Shown: positions 10,701 to 20,047, counted from the stretch's first letter. The stretch is 64,000 nt of DNA from Deferrisomatales bacterium (GCA_033551855.1 JAWSUI010000001.1:32001-96000); one strand, 5' to 3'. Numbers and translations are program-made. Notes: generated from the sequence alone by a model not told the origin.

Positions 10701-12329
10701 ACGGTGGCCCACATCAGCGAGATCGTGCGGGAGGAGGGCCTGAACCGGGTGGTGGTGGCGTCCTGCAGTCCCCGCACCCACGAGCCCCTCTTCCAGGACG
10801 CTGTCCGGGCCGCCGGACTCAACCCGGCCCTCTTCGAGATGGCCAACATCCGGAACCAGTGCTCGTGGGTGCACGCCGGGGCCTGGGACCGGGCCACCGA
10901 GAAGGCGATGGACCTCGTGCGGGGAGCCGTGGCCCGGGCCGGGCGCCTGGAGCCGGTGCACTCCCTGGAATTCCCGGTGCGGAAGTCCGCCTTGGTGCTG
11001 GGGGGGGGCGCCGCCGGCATGACGGCGGCCCTCGAGCTCGCAGACCAGGGGTTCCCCGTCCACCTGGTGGAGAAGGCCGCGGAGCTCGGCGGGAACCTGA
11101 GACAACTGCGCTTTCTGGAGGACGGGAAGAGCCCCGCGGAGTGGCTCGGGGATCTGGCGGGGCGCACCGCCGCCCACCCGAACATCGACGTGCACCTGGG
11201 CACCACCCTGCAGGAGATCGGCGGCTTCCGGGGCAACTTCTCATCGACCCTGGCGGGCTCGGGCGGCGAGACGGTGCGAGTGGAGCACGGGGTGGCAGTG
11301 GTGGCCACCGGCGCCCGGGAGTACCGGGGACCGGAGTACGGGCTCGGCAGCCACCCCGACATCGTCACGGCCTTGGACTTCGAGGAGCTGCTCTACCGCA
11401 AGGCGGGGGGCAACGGCCACGACGCCGCAGCACACCTCACGGCTCGGCCGCTGCCCGACAGCGTCGCCATGATCCTGTGCGTGGGCCCTGCGGAGCGCTT
11501 CTGCGCCCGCACCTGCTGCACCACGGCCATCAAGAACGCCTTGGTGCTCAAGGAGCTCAAGCCCGACGCCGAGGTGACGGTGCTGTACAAGGACGTGCGC
11601 ACCTACGGCTTCAAGGAGCGCCTGTACACGGAGGCCCGGCGCCGAGGGGTGCGCTTCCGGCGCTACGACGAGGCCGAAAAGCCCCGGGCCTCGGTGGAAT
11701 GGAGCTCCGTGCGCTTGGATTACCGGGACGCGGGCTCGGGCCGGTCCGTGACGCTGCGCCCGCAGATGCTCGTCCTCGCCGAGCCCATGGTTCCCCACGC
11801 CGACGCCGGGGAGCTCGCCACCCGCCTCAAGGTGCCCCTGGACGGCGACGGGTTCTTCCTGGAGGCCCACGTGAAGCTCCGGCCCGTGGACTTCCAGTCC
11901 GACGGCCTATACCTGGCGGGCCTCGCCCACTACCCCAAGTTCCTGGCGGAGTCCATCGCCCAGGCACAGGCGGCCGCCGCCCGGGCGGCGACGGTGCTCT
12001 CCAAGGACGTGCTCCACGCCGAGGGGATCGTCGCCCACGTGGACCAGGAAAAGTGCGTGGGGTGCCTCACCTGCGTACGGGTGTGCCCCTACGAGGTGCC
12101 GCAGATGCAGGCCCAGGCCGGCGGGGTGGGCGGCATCGCCGGGGCCGCCTACGTGGAGCCCGCCACCTGCCACGGCTGCGGCGTGTGCGCGGGTGAGTGC
12201 CCGGCAAAGGCCATCCAACTGGCCCACTACACCGACGCCCAGGTGGGCGCGATGGTCGAGGGCCTGTTCGAGGGCAGGGCCCGGTATCACGGAAAGCCGT
12301 CCGAGGGGACCGCGCCGGGCGGGTGTTAG
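7794..12329 (+). CDS. hdrA: HdrL-type large heterodisulfide reductase subunit A with inserted GltD/NfnB-like NAD(P)H-oxidoreductase domain
   Basis: VVGGGIAG, LDKTFPTNDCAMC, ferredoxin motifs. Insert SPCRDACPAG...ICGRICNHRCEDAC...GAGPCG...GAGDVAMD...HYRRS. Then QCVGSRD...YCSSVCCMYA, GVFVCHCG, a second FAD motif LGGGAAG and a C-terminal 2x[4Fe-4S]. Confidence 0.93.
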   Translation: MASGKSPTGAVLVVGGGIAGIQASLDLAESGYKVYLAESRSAIGGHMAQLDKTFPTNDCAMCTISPKLVDAGRHLNIEILTGAEVLALEGEAGDFRARLRRHPRYIDPAKCTACGDCEKVCPVEIPGRFDEGLVRQRAAHKLYPQAVPNAYAIEKIGVSPCRDACPAGQRAQGYIAHIRNGDYEAAFRTIKLDNPFPAICGRICNHRCEDACNRAKLDQALDIRALKRFVTDHEYAKPYQPPEPAARRYEERVAIIGAGPCGLSAAKDLCLEGYGVTVYEALPVAGGMLRVGVPQYRLPTEVIDREVQEIVDYGVDLRLESPVTNVEELFAQGYAAVLIAVGAHEGIRLPIEGADLPGVLTNTSFLRDVRLGSPPELGERVVVIGAGDVAMDCARTSVRLGRQVAVHYRRSREEAPADPLEIAHALEEGVDFHWLSNPVAVLAGPDGRVRGLRLQRMALGAPDEKGRRRPAPVEGSEYEVPCDNVIFSVGQRAGLAFLPPDTGVAIGGDNTVTVDPETFATSRPGLFAAGDSTTGTAFLIDAVASGHRAARGIHAHLRGEPLRRTAKERLPVADIPREALVAGADRGELRREGRLHVRNLDASERRRSFDEVALGYTEAEARHEAERCLSCGVCSECYACVEACKAGAVVHEELEQEEWLQVGAVVLAPGYELYDARLSQEFGLGRYPNVVTAMQFERMLSASGPTHGHVRRPGDGTVPKRIAFLQCVGSRDQNHDYCSSVCCMYAAKEAIMAVEHEPGTEVTVFFMDTRSFSKGYDEYYRRARERYGIRYERCRVSRLTEDPASGALTVRYVRDGALRQEPFDLVVLSVGMEVSPSVRELGGRLGVELDEYGFCHTTLFNPLESSRPGVFVAGPFREPKDIPETVVEASGAASRAGTLLSSARGTLTRLPEYPPERDVEGEEPRVGVFVCHCGSNIGGYLDVPSVADYAGGLPGVSHAEANLYTCSQDTVAHISEIVREEGLNRVVVASCSPRTHEPLFQDAVRAAGLNPALFEMANIRNQCSWVHAGAWDRATEKAMDLVRGAVARAGRLEPVHSLEFPVRKSALVLGGGAAGMTAALELADQGFPVHLVEKAAELGGNLRQLRFLEDGKSPAEWLGDLAGRTAAHPNIDVHLGTTLQEIGGFRGNFSSTLAGSGGETVRVEHGVAVVATGAREYRGPEYGLGSHPDIVTALDFEELLYRKAGGNGHDAAAHLTARPLPDSVAMILCVGPAERFCARTCCTTAIKNALVLKELKPDAEVTVLYKDVRTYGFKERLYTEARRRGVRFRRYDEAEKPRASVEWSSVRLDYRDAGSGRSVTLRPQMLVLAEPMVPHADAGELATRLKVPLDGDGFFLEAHVKLRPVDFQSDGLYLAGLAHYPKFLAESIAQAQAAAARAATVLSKDVLHAEGIVAHVDQEKCVGCLTCVRVCPYEVPQMQAQAGGVGGIAGAAYVEPATCHGCGVCAGECPAKAIQLAHYTDAQVGAMVEGLFEGRARYHGKPSEGTAPGGC

Positions 12330-12375
12330 GGGAAACGGGGGTAAGACGGGTTTTCCACCTCACGAGGAGGCCGAG

Positions 12376-12876
12376 ATGAGCGAGTTCAGCCCGGGCATTG
12401 TCGCCTTCTGCTGCCACCACTGCGCGTACGGGGCTGCGGACCTCGCAGGGGCCATGCGGCTAAGCTACCCCGACGCCGTGCGGGTGGTGCGCCTGCCCTG
12501 CACCGGCAAGCTCGACGTGGCCCACGTTCTCTCGGCCTTCGAGCACGGTGCCGACGGGGTGATGGTGGCCGGTTGACTGCCGGGCGACTGCCATTACCTG
12601 GAAGGTAATACGAACGCAAAGAGAAGAGTCCGCTACATCGCCCAGCTCCTGGAGGAGATCGGCGTGGGGGGGGAGAGGGTGCGCATGGTTCACCTCTCCT
12701 CGGCGGAAGGTGCCCGCTTTGCCGAGATCTGCACCGAAACGACCGAGGCCTTGAAAGCGCTGGGGCCGAGCCCGTTGGGAAGGAAACCGGACGGGGTGAC
12801 GGGATCGACGGGGGGGGAGAGCGGAACGCGGAAGGCCGCGGAGGAAGGCAACACGGAGGCGCCCGCAGCACCGTAG
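12376..12876 (+). CDS. mvhD: MvhD-type [2Fe-2S] subunit, selenocysteine-containing (in-frame UGA at 12574-12576, codon 67)
   Basis: FCCHHCAYGAADLAG...LPCTGK...GADGVMVAG-TGA-LPGDCHYLEGN...ERVRMVHLSSAEG. The frame stays open across the UGA to TAG 12876. The UGA aligns with the Cys of paralog 19577-20047 (VLA-C-PIGNCHH). Confidence 0.9.
12577..12609 (+). promoter_or_regulatory. Candidate bacterial SECIS hairpin
   Basis: ATTACCT-GGA-AGGTAAT perfect 7-bp stem (12593-12609) starting 16 nt after the UGA, with G in the loop; local codons are unusually AT-rich. Confidence 0.72.
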
Positions 12877-12916
12877 GCAGATCCGGGCGCAACCGGTTCA
12901 CCCCGTCATCCCGTCC
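12789..12916. repeat. GAC(A/G)GGAT-type inverted repeat at the mvhD1/metV1 junction
   Basis: GGACGGGGTGACGGGATCGA (from 12789) ... TTCACCCCGTCATCCCGTCC (12897-12916). Confidence 0.6.
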
Positions 12917-12934
12917 CAGGACAAGAGGGTTCCC

Positions 12935-13654
12935 ATGATCGTCGCCGAACAGAAGCCCCTCGACGAGATCCTCGCCATGACCGCCGACGCCTCGGATGTG
13001 CTCGTCCTGGGGTGCGGCACCTGCGTGACCGTGTGCTTCGCCGGCGGAGACAAGGAGGCCGAGATCCTCGCCGCCTCCCTGCGCATGAAGGCCCAGCTCG
13101 CGGGCTCCCCCCGGGAGGTGGCCCACGCCACCGTGCAGCGCCAGTGTGAGTGGGAGTACCTGGACGGGGTCGGCGAGGCCCTCCAGGCGGCGGGCGCCGT
13201 GGTGTCCCTCGCCTGTGGCGTCGGCGCCCAGGCCATCGTGGAGCGCTTTCCCGAGGCCAGGATGGTTCCAGGGCTCAACACCCGCTTCTACGGCCTCCCG
13301 ACCACCCACGGCGTCTGGGAGGAACGGTGTGCGGGGTGCGGCGACTGCGTGCTCGAATACACCGGTGGCATCTGCCCCGTGGCCCGCTGCTCGAAGAGTC
13401 TTCTCAACGGCCCCTGCGGCGGCACCAACAAGGGCAACTGCGAGGTGGACCCGAACACGCCGTGCGCCTGGCGCCTGATCGTCGAACGCATGGAGAAGCT
13501 CGGCCACCTGGGCCGCCTCGAGGAAGTCCACGCCCCCAAGAACTGGCGGGCGGGCCGGGACGGCGGCCCGGGGCGCATCCTCCGGGAGGACCTGGTGCGC
13601 GAGCGCGACCGCGAGGCCCTGGGGCTGAGGGAGGAGGCGCGCGCAGGGGGGTGA
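12935..13654 (+). CDS. metV: MetV (Fe-S partner subunit of methylene-THF reductase), copy 1
   Basis: MIVAEQKP, GCGTCVTVC, RQCEWEY, LACGVG, ERCAGCGDC...GICPVARCSKSLLNGPCGG...CEV...CAW; directly before metF. Confidence 0.9.
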   Translation: MIVAEQKPLDEILAMTADASDVLVLGCGTCVTVCFAGGDKEAEILAASLRMKAQLAGSPREVAHATVQRQCEWEYLDGVGEALQAAGAVVSLACGVGAQAIVERFPEARMVPGLNTRFYGLPTTHGVWEERCAGCGDCVLEYTGGICPVARCSKSLLNGPCGGTNKGNCEVDPNTPCAWRLIVERMEKLGHLGRLEEVHAPKNWRAGRDGGPGRILREDLVRERDREALGLREEARAGG

Positions 13655-13720
13655 CCGGTAGGGGTAGGGGACTCGACCGGATGAGGGGATCGAAGGGAGG
13701 CCGAGGCAAGGGCAAGATCC

Positions 13721-13838
13721 TTGGGCAGGATGACGGGAGGAACGGGATGGCATGGCGGCAGGAACACGATGGAAGCGGACGCGAACCGGAGACCCGTGTG
13801 AAACGGCTTCATCCTGTCCATCCTGTGATCCCTTCCAA
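13721..13838. repeat. GAC(A/G)GGAT-type inverted repeat at the metV1/metF1 junction
   Basis: TTGGGCAGGATGACGGGAGGAACGGGATG (13721-13749) ... CATCCTGTCCATCCTGTGATCCCTTCCAA (13810-13838). Confidence 0.65.
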
Positions 13839-13874
13839 GAACGTCTTCCTGTTCATCCCATGGGAGAAGGCGCG

Positions 13875-14867
13875 ATGAGCGAGGCAGCCAGCCAGAGCAA
13901 CCTGGAGAAGGTATTCGCGTCGGGGACGTTCGCAGTCACCGGCGAGCTCGGCCCGCCCAAGGGCGCGGACCCCGAGGTGATCCGCAGGAAGGCCCGCCTC
14001 CTGCGCGGCGCGGTGGACGCGGCGAACATCACCGACAACCAGACGGCGGTGGTGCGCATGTCGTCCATTGCGGCAGGCCTGCTGGCCCGGGACGAGGGCG
14101 TCGAGCCGGTGGCCCAGATGACCTGCCGCGACCGCAACCGCCTCGCCATCCAAGCCGACCTCCTGGGGGCCTGGGGCCTGGGGCTCCGCAACCTCCTGTG
14201 CCTCACGGGAGACCACCAGACCTTCGGGAATCACCCCTCGGCGAAGAACGTGTGGGACGTGGACTCGATCCAGCTCGTGAAGATGATGGCGGAGATGAGA
14301 GACCGAGGCGTCTTCGCCAACGGCGAGGAGATCGAGGAGGACCCGCCCCGCTTCTTCCTGGGCGCCGTCGAGAGCCCCTTCGCGGAGCCTTTCGCGTACC
14401 GCCCCTTCCGGGTGGCCAAGAAGGTGCGGGCGGGTGCCCGCTTCCTCCAGACCCAGTGCATCTACAACATGCCCCGCTTCAAGGAGTTCATGGCACGCCT
14501 CGGCGACATGGGGCTCCTGGACAAGGTGTACGTGATGGCCGGCCTCAGTCCCCTCAAGGGGCCGGCGATGGCTAAGTACATGGCGGCCAACGTACCGGGC
14601 ATCGACATGCCCGACGCGGTGGTGGAGCGGCTCACCCAGGCCGGGAAGGGCCTCGAGGACAAGGCGGAGAAGTCCAAGGCCTGGCGCGCCGAGGGCATCC
14701 GGCTGTGCATCGAGCAGATCCAGGAGGTCCGGGAGATCCCCGGCGTGGCAGGGGTGCACGTCATGGCCATCGAGTGGGAGGAGGCGGTACGCCCCATCGT
14801 GGAGGGTGCAGGGCTCCTCCCCCGCCCCCAGCCCCTGCCGGCCGAGAGCAGGGGACAGGGGGCGTAG
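13875..14867 (+). CDS. metF: 5,10-methylenetetrahydrofolate reductase MetF, copy 1
   Basis: FAVTGELGPPKG, NITDNQTAVVRMSS, QMTCRDRNRLAIQADL, LCLTGDH, DSIQL, FLQTQ, GVHVMAIEWE. Confidence 0.93.
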   Translation: MSEAASQSNLEKVFASGTFAVTGELGPPKGADPEVIRRKARLLRGAVDAANITDNQTAVVRMSSIAAGLLARDEGVEPVAQMTCRDRNRLAIQADLLGAWGLGLRNLLCLTGDHQTFGNHPSAKNVWDVDSIQLVKMMAEMRDRGVFANGEEIEEDPPRFFLGAVESPFAEPFAYRPFRVAKKVRAGARFLQTQCIYNMPRFKEFMARLGDMGLLDKVYVMAGLSPLKGPAMAKYMAANVPGIDMPDAVVERLTQAGKGLEDKAEKSKAWRAEGIRLCIEQIQEVREIPGVAGVHVMAIEWEEAVRPIVEGAGLLPRPQPLPAESRGQGA

Positions 14868-14985
14868 CGTCGTCGCGGGCAGAGCGGGGCGCACGGCGCG
14901 CCGAAGCGAGCGGCGCGGCGGGAGCGCGTGGGCAACCGGGCAATCCGGTCGCGCAGCAGATGGATTCACAGGCGCAGAGGTACCG

Positions 14986-16353
14986 ATGACCGCACAGACG
15001 AGCACCTCCCTGGCCGAAAGGGTCGAGCAGGCCACACACCAGAACGCCCATCTGTGCTACCAGTGCCTCCGGTGCTCCGCGGGGTGCCCTGTGGCCGAGG
15101 ACTTCGACCTGCTGCCGAGCGAGGTGATGCGGGCGGTCCAGGAAGGGGACGAGTCCGTGGCGGGGAGCCGGACGGTGTGGCTCTGCGCCTCCTGCCAGAC
15201 CTGCAACACCCGCTGCCCCCAGGGGCTCGACATCCCGGGCATCATCGACCACTTCCGCCAGCAGACCCTCGACCGGGCCTCGGTGCCGGAGACCGCCCGG
15301 TTCTTCAAGGCGTTCCTGCGGAACGCCCGGATCTTCGGCCGGGTCTACGAGGCCGGCCTGATGGGCGAGCTCAACCTCCGGGACGGGCACCCCTTCCGGG
15401 ACCTCGGGATGGGCCTGCGGATGATCCGTAAGGGCAAGATCCGCCTGCTGCCCGACTTCGCCAGACCCCCTCGCAAGGTGTCGGCCGTCTCGCCCGCACC
15501 CAACCGGGTGGCCTACTACCCGGGCTGCTCCCTCCACTCCACCGGCGCGGCCTTCGACCGGTCCTTCCGGGCCGTGGCGGGGGAGGTGGGCCTCGACGTG
15601 CTCGAGATGCCCGGGTGGACCTGCTGCGGCACCACGCCGGCCCACGGGGCGGACCCGGTGAAGGCGGTCGCCATGCCGCTCCAGAATTTGGCGATCGCCG
15701 AAAAGATGGGGCTCGACCGCGTGGTGGCTCCCTGCGCGGCGTGCTACGGCAGGTTCCAGGGGGCGCTGCGCCACTACCGGCAGGGAGGCGCCCTGGCCGA
15801 CCGGGTGGACGCCGCGCTGGGGAGCGAGTACGGGGACGGCGTGAAAGTGCTCAACGCGGTGGACCTGTTGGGCGAGGTGCCCGCCGAGTCCTGGGAGGAA
15901 AAGTGCAAGGCGCCCCTGCGGGGCCTCAAGGTGGCGTGCTACTACGGCTGCCTCCTCACCCGGCCGGCCGCCGACACCGGGGCCCCGGACCCGGAGGACC
16001 CCCAGGGGATGGAGCGCCTGGTGCGTGCCCTGGGCGGTGAACCCCTCCCCTGGTCGCGGAAGACCGACTGCTGCGGTGGGAGCCTGGCCATCTCCCACAC
16101 CGGTTTGGCGAAGCGGATGACCGCCGAGATCCTCAAGGAGGCCCAGGCCCGGGGCGCGGACCTGATTGCGGCCGCGTGCCCCCTGTGCCACGTGAACCTG
16201 GATGAGCGCCAGCCCGAGATGGCAGCCGACCTCGGGTTCACGATCCCGGTGGTGTACGTGACCCAGATCCTGGCCGTGGCCTTGGGCCTGCCCGCCGAGG
16301 CCCGGGCCCTGGACCAGTCCGCTGTGACGCCGGAACCCCTGATGAGGCTCTGA
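14986..16353 (+). CDS. hdrCB: Fused HdrC-HdrB-like protein, copy 1
   Basis: CYQCLRCSAGCP and CASCQTCNTRCP, followed by two CCG domains (YYPGCSL..WTCCG..PCAAC; YYGCLL..DCCG..ACPLC). Confidence 0.9.
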   Translation: MTAQTSTSLAERVEQATHQNAHLCYQCLRCSAGCPVAEDFDLLPSEVMRAVQEGDESVAGSRTVWLCASCQTCNTRCPQGLDIPGIIDHFRQQTLDRASVPETARFFKAFLRNARIFGRVYEAGLMGELNLRDGHPFRDLGMGLRMIRKGKIRLLPDFARPPRKVSAVSPAPNRVAYYPGCSLHSTGAAFDRSFRAVAGEVGLDVLEMPGWTCCGTTPAHGADPVKAVAMPLQNLAIAEKMGLDRVVAPCAACYGRFQGALRHYRQGGALADRVDAALGSEYGDGVKVLNAVDLLGEVPAESWEEKCKAPLRGLKVACYYGCLLTRPAADTGAPDPEDPQGMERLVRALGGEPLPWSRKTDCCGGSLAISHTGLAKRMTAEILKEAQARGADLIAAACPLCHVNLDERQPEMAADLGFTIPVVYVTQILAVALGLPAEARALDQSAVTPEPLMRL

Positions 16354-16427
16354 CGCGGCGGGGCGCCGCCCGCGGCCGGCCTCGGCAGGGCTGGCGCCCG
16401 GCCCGCGACCGCCCGAAGCGAGGTCCC

Positions 16428-19400
16428 ATGTCCCCGAACCGCAACGGCAATCCCAGGAAGGTGGGTTCGGTCCTCGTCGTGGGGGGCGGCGTGGCCGGGA
16501 TGCGGGCGGCCGCCGATCTGGCGGAGACCGGGCTCCAGGTGTACCTGGTGGAGGCCGCCCCGGGACTCGGCGGCCGGGTCTCCCAGCTCGGCTTCATGTT
16601 CCCCACCCACGACTGTGTGCTCTGTCGGGGCTCCCCGGACCACGGATACGGGTGCACGCGCCCCTCCATCTCCCCCGCCTTTCAGGACCACAACCTCCAC
16701 CCGAACATCGAGGTCATGACCCTGACCGAGGTGGTGGGTTTCGAAGGCCAGGTGGGGAGCTTCACCGTCACCCTGCGCCGCCATCCACGGCACGTGGACA
16801 CCGAGCGGTGCATCAACTGCCGCCTGTGTGCCGTGGTGTGCCCGGCATCCGTCCCGAGCGAGTTCCAGATGGGGATGTCCAACCGGAAGGCCGCGTACAA
16901 GACGGCGCCCCGGTCCATCCCGGACGCCTACGTCATCGAGAAGGGCCCCTGGTGTGAGGGCTGCGGCAAGTGCGAGCGCATCTGCCCCACGGGCGCCGTG
17001 GCCCTGGACGAGGAGCCGCAGACCGAGACCATTCGGGTCGGCGCCGCCATCCTGGCCCTCGGCTATCAGCTCTTCGACCCCTCCGCCCTCGAGGAGTTCG
17101 GGTACCGCCGCTATGCCAACGTCCTCACGTCGATGCAGTTCGAGCGTCTCGCGAGCCGGTCGGGCCCCACCGAGGGGATGGTGGCGCGGCTCTCGGACGG
17201 CCGGAAACCCGGGCGGATCGCCTGGCTCCAGTGCATCGGGTCCCGGGATCGCGAGCACCCCTACTGCTCCTCCATCTGCTGCATGATCGCGACCAAGCAG
17301 GCCATGCTCGCCAAGCAGCGCCTCGAGGACGTGGGCTGCCAGGTGTTCGTCATGGACGAGCGGGCGTTCAACAAGGAGTACACCAAGTACTACCACCGGG
17401 CCGTGGAGTCCCACGGGGTGATCTACACGCGCTGCCGCGTGAGCGCGATCCGGGAGGACCCCAAGACCCGCGACCTGCTGCTGCGGTTCCCCGACGAAGA
17501 GGGGAACCTGGTGGAGGAGCGCTTCGGCATGGTGGTGCTGGCGGTGGGCATGCAGCCCCCGGCCCGGTCCGCCGAGCTGGCCCGGATGATGGGGATCGAG
17601 CTCAACGCCCACGGCTTCTGCGAGACCGACAAGTTCCAGCCCCTCCAGACGAGCCAGCCGGGCGTCTACGTGGCCGGCGCGTTCCAGTCCCCGAAGGAGA
17701 TCGCCGAGACCGTCTTCGACGCCGCGGGCGCCGCGGGCGAGGTCATGCGCGTCTTCCACGACGTCCTGGGGGGCCTTCCCGCCCCCCGGGAGTACCCCTT
17801 CCTGGCGCGCACGGCGGGTTTCCCCGCCGAACGGGACGTGTCCGGGGAGAGCGCCCGCACCGGGGTCTTCCTCTGCGGGTGCGGACCGGTGGTGGCCCAG
17901 AGCCTGGACCTCGAGGGAATGGCCGAGTACGCCGGAGCGTTGCCCGGGGTGGCCCACACCACCATCGTGCCCCTGGCCTGCTTCCCCGAAGGCGTCGAGA
18001 CCATCCAGGAGACCGTGGAGGCCCACGGCCTCAACCGGGTCGTCGTGGCGGCCTGCAGCCCCCGCACCCACGAGGCCCTCTTCCAGAGGGCGGTGCGACA
18101 GGTTGGTCTCAACCCGTATCTCCTGGAGATGGTCAACCTCAGGGAGTACTGCGCCTGGGTGCACGACCGGCAGCCCGCCGAGGCCACCCGCAAGGCCAAG
18201 GAGCTGGTGCGCGCCGGTGTCCTTCGGGCCGCCCGCCTGCTCCCGGTGCACCGGACCCCGATCCAGCCCTACCGGCGGGCCCTGGTGCTGGGCGGGGGTG
18301 TGGCCGGCATCACCGCGGCGCTGACCGTGGCCGACAGCGGGTACGATGTGACCCTGCTGGAGCGCTCGGAGGCCCTCGGGGGCAACGTGCGGCACATCTA
18401 CTACCTCGCCGAGGGGCTGAACCCCCAGCGGCTTCTCCGGGACCTGATCAACCGGGTTCGAGGCCACCACCGGATCGACGTGCTGACCGAGGCGGAAGTG
18501 GAGAGCTCCAGCGGTTCGATCGGGAACTTCCGCACCCTGGTGCGGACCGCCGAGGGCCAAGTGGAGGTGGAGCACGGCGTGACCATCGTGGCCACCGGCG
18601 GCCGGGAGGGGACCGCCGAGGCCTACCTCCACGGAGAGGACGAGAGGGTGGTGACCCAACTGGAGCTGGAGGACTGGCTCGCCCACCAGCCGGAGCGCAT
18701 CGCCGGCATGAAGAGCGTGGTCATGATCCAGTGCGTGCAGCCCGCGGAGGCGGAGTCCTTCTACTGCTCCCGCACCTGCTGCACCAACACCATGAAGAAC
18801 GCGATCCGGGTGAAGATGCTCAGCCCGGAGTGCCAGGTCACGGTCCTCTACAAGGACATCATCACCTACGGCTTTCGGGAGCAGTTCTACACCGAGGCCC
18901 GCCGCCGGGGCGTGGTCTTCGTGCGGTACTCGGATGACCGCCGGCCCGAGGTGACCCCCTCGGCCGACTCGCTCCGCCTCCGGGTCCTCGACCCGTCCTT
19001 GGACCGCGTGTACACCCTGGAGCCGGACCTGGTCGCCCTGAGCATGTCCATCATCCCGGCCGACGGCACCCGGGAGCTGGCGCACGCCCTCCGGCTACCC
19101 CTGTCCAGCGAGGGCTTCTTCCTCGAGGCGGACCTCAAGATGCGCCCCATGGACTTTCAGGCCGAGGGGGTCTTCCTCTGCGGCATGGCGCACTACCCTC
19201 GGTTCCTCGAGGAGGCCATCTCCAGCGCCCAGGCCGCTGCGGGGCGCTCCCTCACGATCTTGAGCATGGACCCCTTCTACACCGGCGGGGTCGTGGCCGA
19301 GGTGGACCCGGACCGGTGCGTGGGCTGCCTCACCTGCGTGCGCACCTGCCCGTTCCACATCCCCGCGATGGAGTACGACCACCCCGGGGTAGGGGGTCTC

Positions 19401-19580
19401 GGGGGACACGCCCGGATCGACCCCGCCCTGTGCCAGGGGTGTGGTTCCTGCACGGGGGAGTGCCCGGCGGTGGCGATCCAACTGGCACACTACCGGGACG
19501 AACAGGTGATGACCGGGGGCCTTGGGGCCTGGGAGACCGGCGGCCCGGCGATCGGCACCACAGGAGCGCACAGCCCATGA
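16428..19580 (+). CDS. hdrA: Large HdrA-like flavoprotein with two FAD domains, no GltD insert
   Basis: VVGGGVAG, FPTHDCVLC, 2x[4Fe-4S], QCIGSRD..YCSSICCM, second LGGGVAG, YCSRTCC, C-terminal CVGCLTCVRTCP and CQGCGSCTGECP. Confidence 0.93.
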   Translation: MSPNRNGNPRKVGSVLVVGGGVAGMRAAADLAETGLQVYLVEAAPGLGGRVSQLGFMFPTHDCVLCRGSPDHGYGCTRPSISPAFQDHNLHPNIEVMTLTEVVGFEGQVGSFTVTLRRHPRHVDTERCINCRLCAVVCPASVPSEFQMGMSNRKAAYKTAPRSIPDAYVIEKGPWCEGCGKCERICPTGAVALDEEPQTETIRVGAAILALGYQLFDPSALEEFGYRRYANVLTSMQFERLASRSGPTEGMVARLSDGRKPGRIAWLQCIGSRDREHPYCSSICCMIATKQAMLAKQRLEDVGCQVFVMDERAFNKEYTKYYHRAVESHGVIYTRCRVSAIREDPKTRDLLLRFPDEEGNLVEERFGMVVLAVGMQPPARSAELARMMGIELNAHGFCETDKFQPLQTSQPGVYVAGAFQSPKEIAETVFDAAGAAGEVMRVFHDVLGGLPAPREYPFLARTAGFPAERDVSGESARTGVFLCGCGPVVAQSLDLEGMAEYAGALPGVAHTTIVPLACFPEGVETIQETVEAHGLNRVVVAACSPRTHEALFQRAVRQVGLNPYLLEMVNLREYCAWVHDRQPAEATRKAKELVRAGVLRAARLLPVHRTPIQPYRRALVLGGGVAGITAALTVADSGYDVTLLERSEALGGNVRHIYYLAEGLNPQRLLRDLINRVRGHHRIDVLTEAEVESSSGSIGNFRTLVRTAEGQVEVEHGVTIVATGGREGTAEAYLHGEDERVVTQLELEDWLAHQPERIAGMKSVVMIQCVQPAEAESFYCSRTCCTNTMKNAIRVKMLSPECQVTVLYKDIITYGFREQFYTEARRRGVVFVRYSDDRRPEVTPSADSLRLRVLDPSLDRVYTLEPDLVALSMSIIPADGTRELAHALRLPLSSEGFFLEADLKMRPMDFQAEGVFLCGMAHYPRFLEEAISSAQAAAGRSLTILSMDPFYTGGVVAEVDPDRCVGCLTCVRTCPFHIPAMEYDHPGVGGLGGHARIDPALCQGCGSCTGECPAVAIQLAHYRDEQVMTGGLGAWETGGPAIGTTGAHSP

Positions 19581-20047
19581 TCGAGAGCCGGCCCCCGGCG
19601 GCCCCCCCCTTCGAGCCCGAGCTGACGGCCTTCACCTGCGCATACTGCGCGTACATGTCGGGGGACACCGCCGGCGCGCTCCGCCTCCAGTACCCCGCCA
19701 GCGTCAAGGTGGTGCGGCTTCCCTGCACCGGGAAGACCGATGCGCGCTACCTGCTCCGGGCTTTCGAGGAGGGGGCCGACGGCGTGTACGTGCTCGCGTG
19801 CCCCATCGGCAACTGCCACCACGTACGGGGCAACGAGCGGGCCAGGGCCCGGGTGGCGCAGACACGGAAGCTCCTGGAGCAGGTGGGCCTGGAAGGGGGA
19901 CGGCTCGACATCTTCTTCCTCTCCGGGGGCATGGGTGAGGGCTTTGCGGTGGCGGCTCGGGAGATGACCGAGCGCATCCGCAAGCTGGGCCCGAACCCGC
20001 TGAGAAACGGACGAGGGTTGGACGGGATGACAGGATGCACAGGATGA
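19577..20047 (+). CDS. mvhD: MvhD-type [2Fe-2S] subunit, Cys form, copy 2
   Basis: ATGA overlap with hdrA; FTCAYCAY...LPCTGK...GADGVYVLACPIGNCHHVRGN...LGPNPL. Confidence 0.9.
   Translation: MIESRPPAAPPFEPELTAFTCAYCAYMSGDTAGALRLQYPASVKVVRLPCTGKTDARYLLRAFEEGADGVYVLACPIGNCHHVRGNERARARVAQTRKLLEQVGLEGGRLDIFFLSGGMGEGFAVAAREMTERIRKLGPNPLRNGRGLDGMTGCTG

Noticed and set aside
12574..12576. mvhD copy 1 as a nonsense pseudogene or two small genes
   Set aside because: The TGA sits exactly at a conserved Cys position, the frame continues intact and a SECIS-like hairpin follows; selenocysteine is the simpler explanation.
15942..19085. Very long antisense and alternate-frame ORFs (for example 15942-19085, 7566-9581, 45192-47669, 41271-43388)
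   Set aside because: They are shadows of real genes in high-GC DNA: Arg/Pro/Gly-rich, with no family motifs, and fully overlapping well-supported CDSs.
19577..19580. Read-through of the hdrA2 TGA to give an HdrA-MvhD fusion
   Set aside because: mvhD2 is in a different frame (ATGA overlap); this is ordinary translational coupling.
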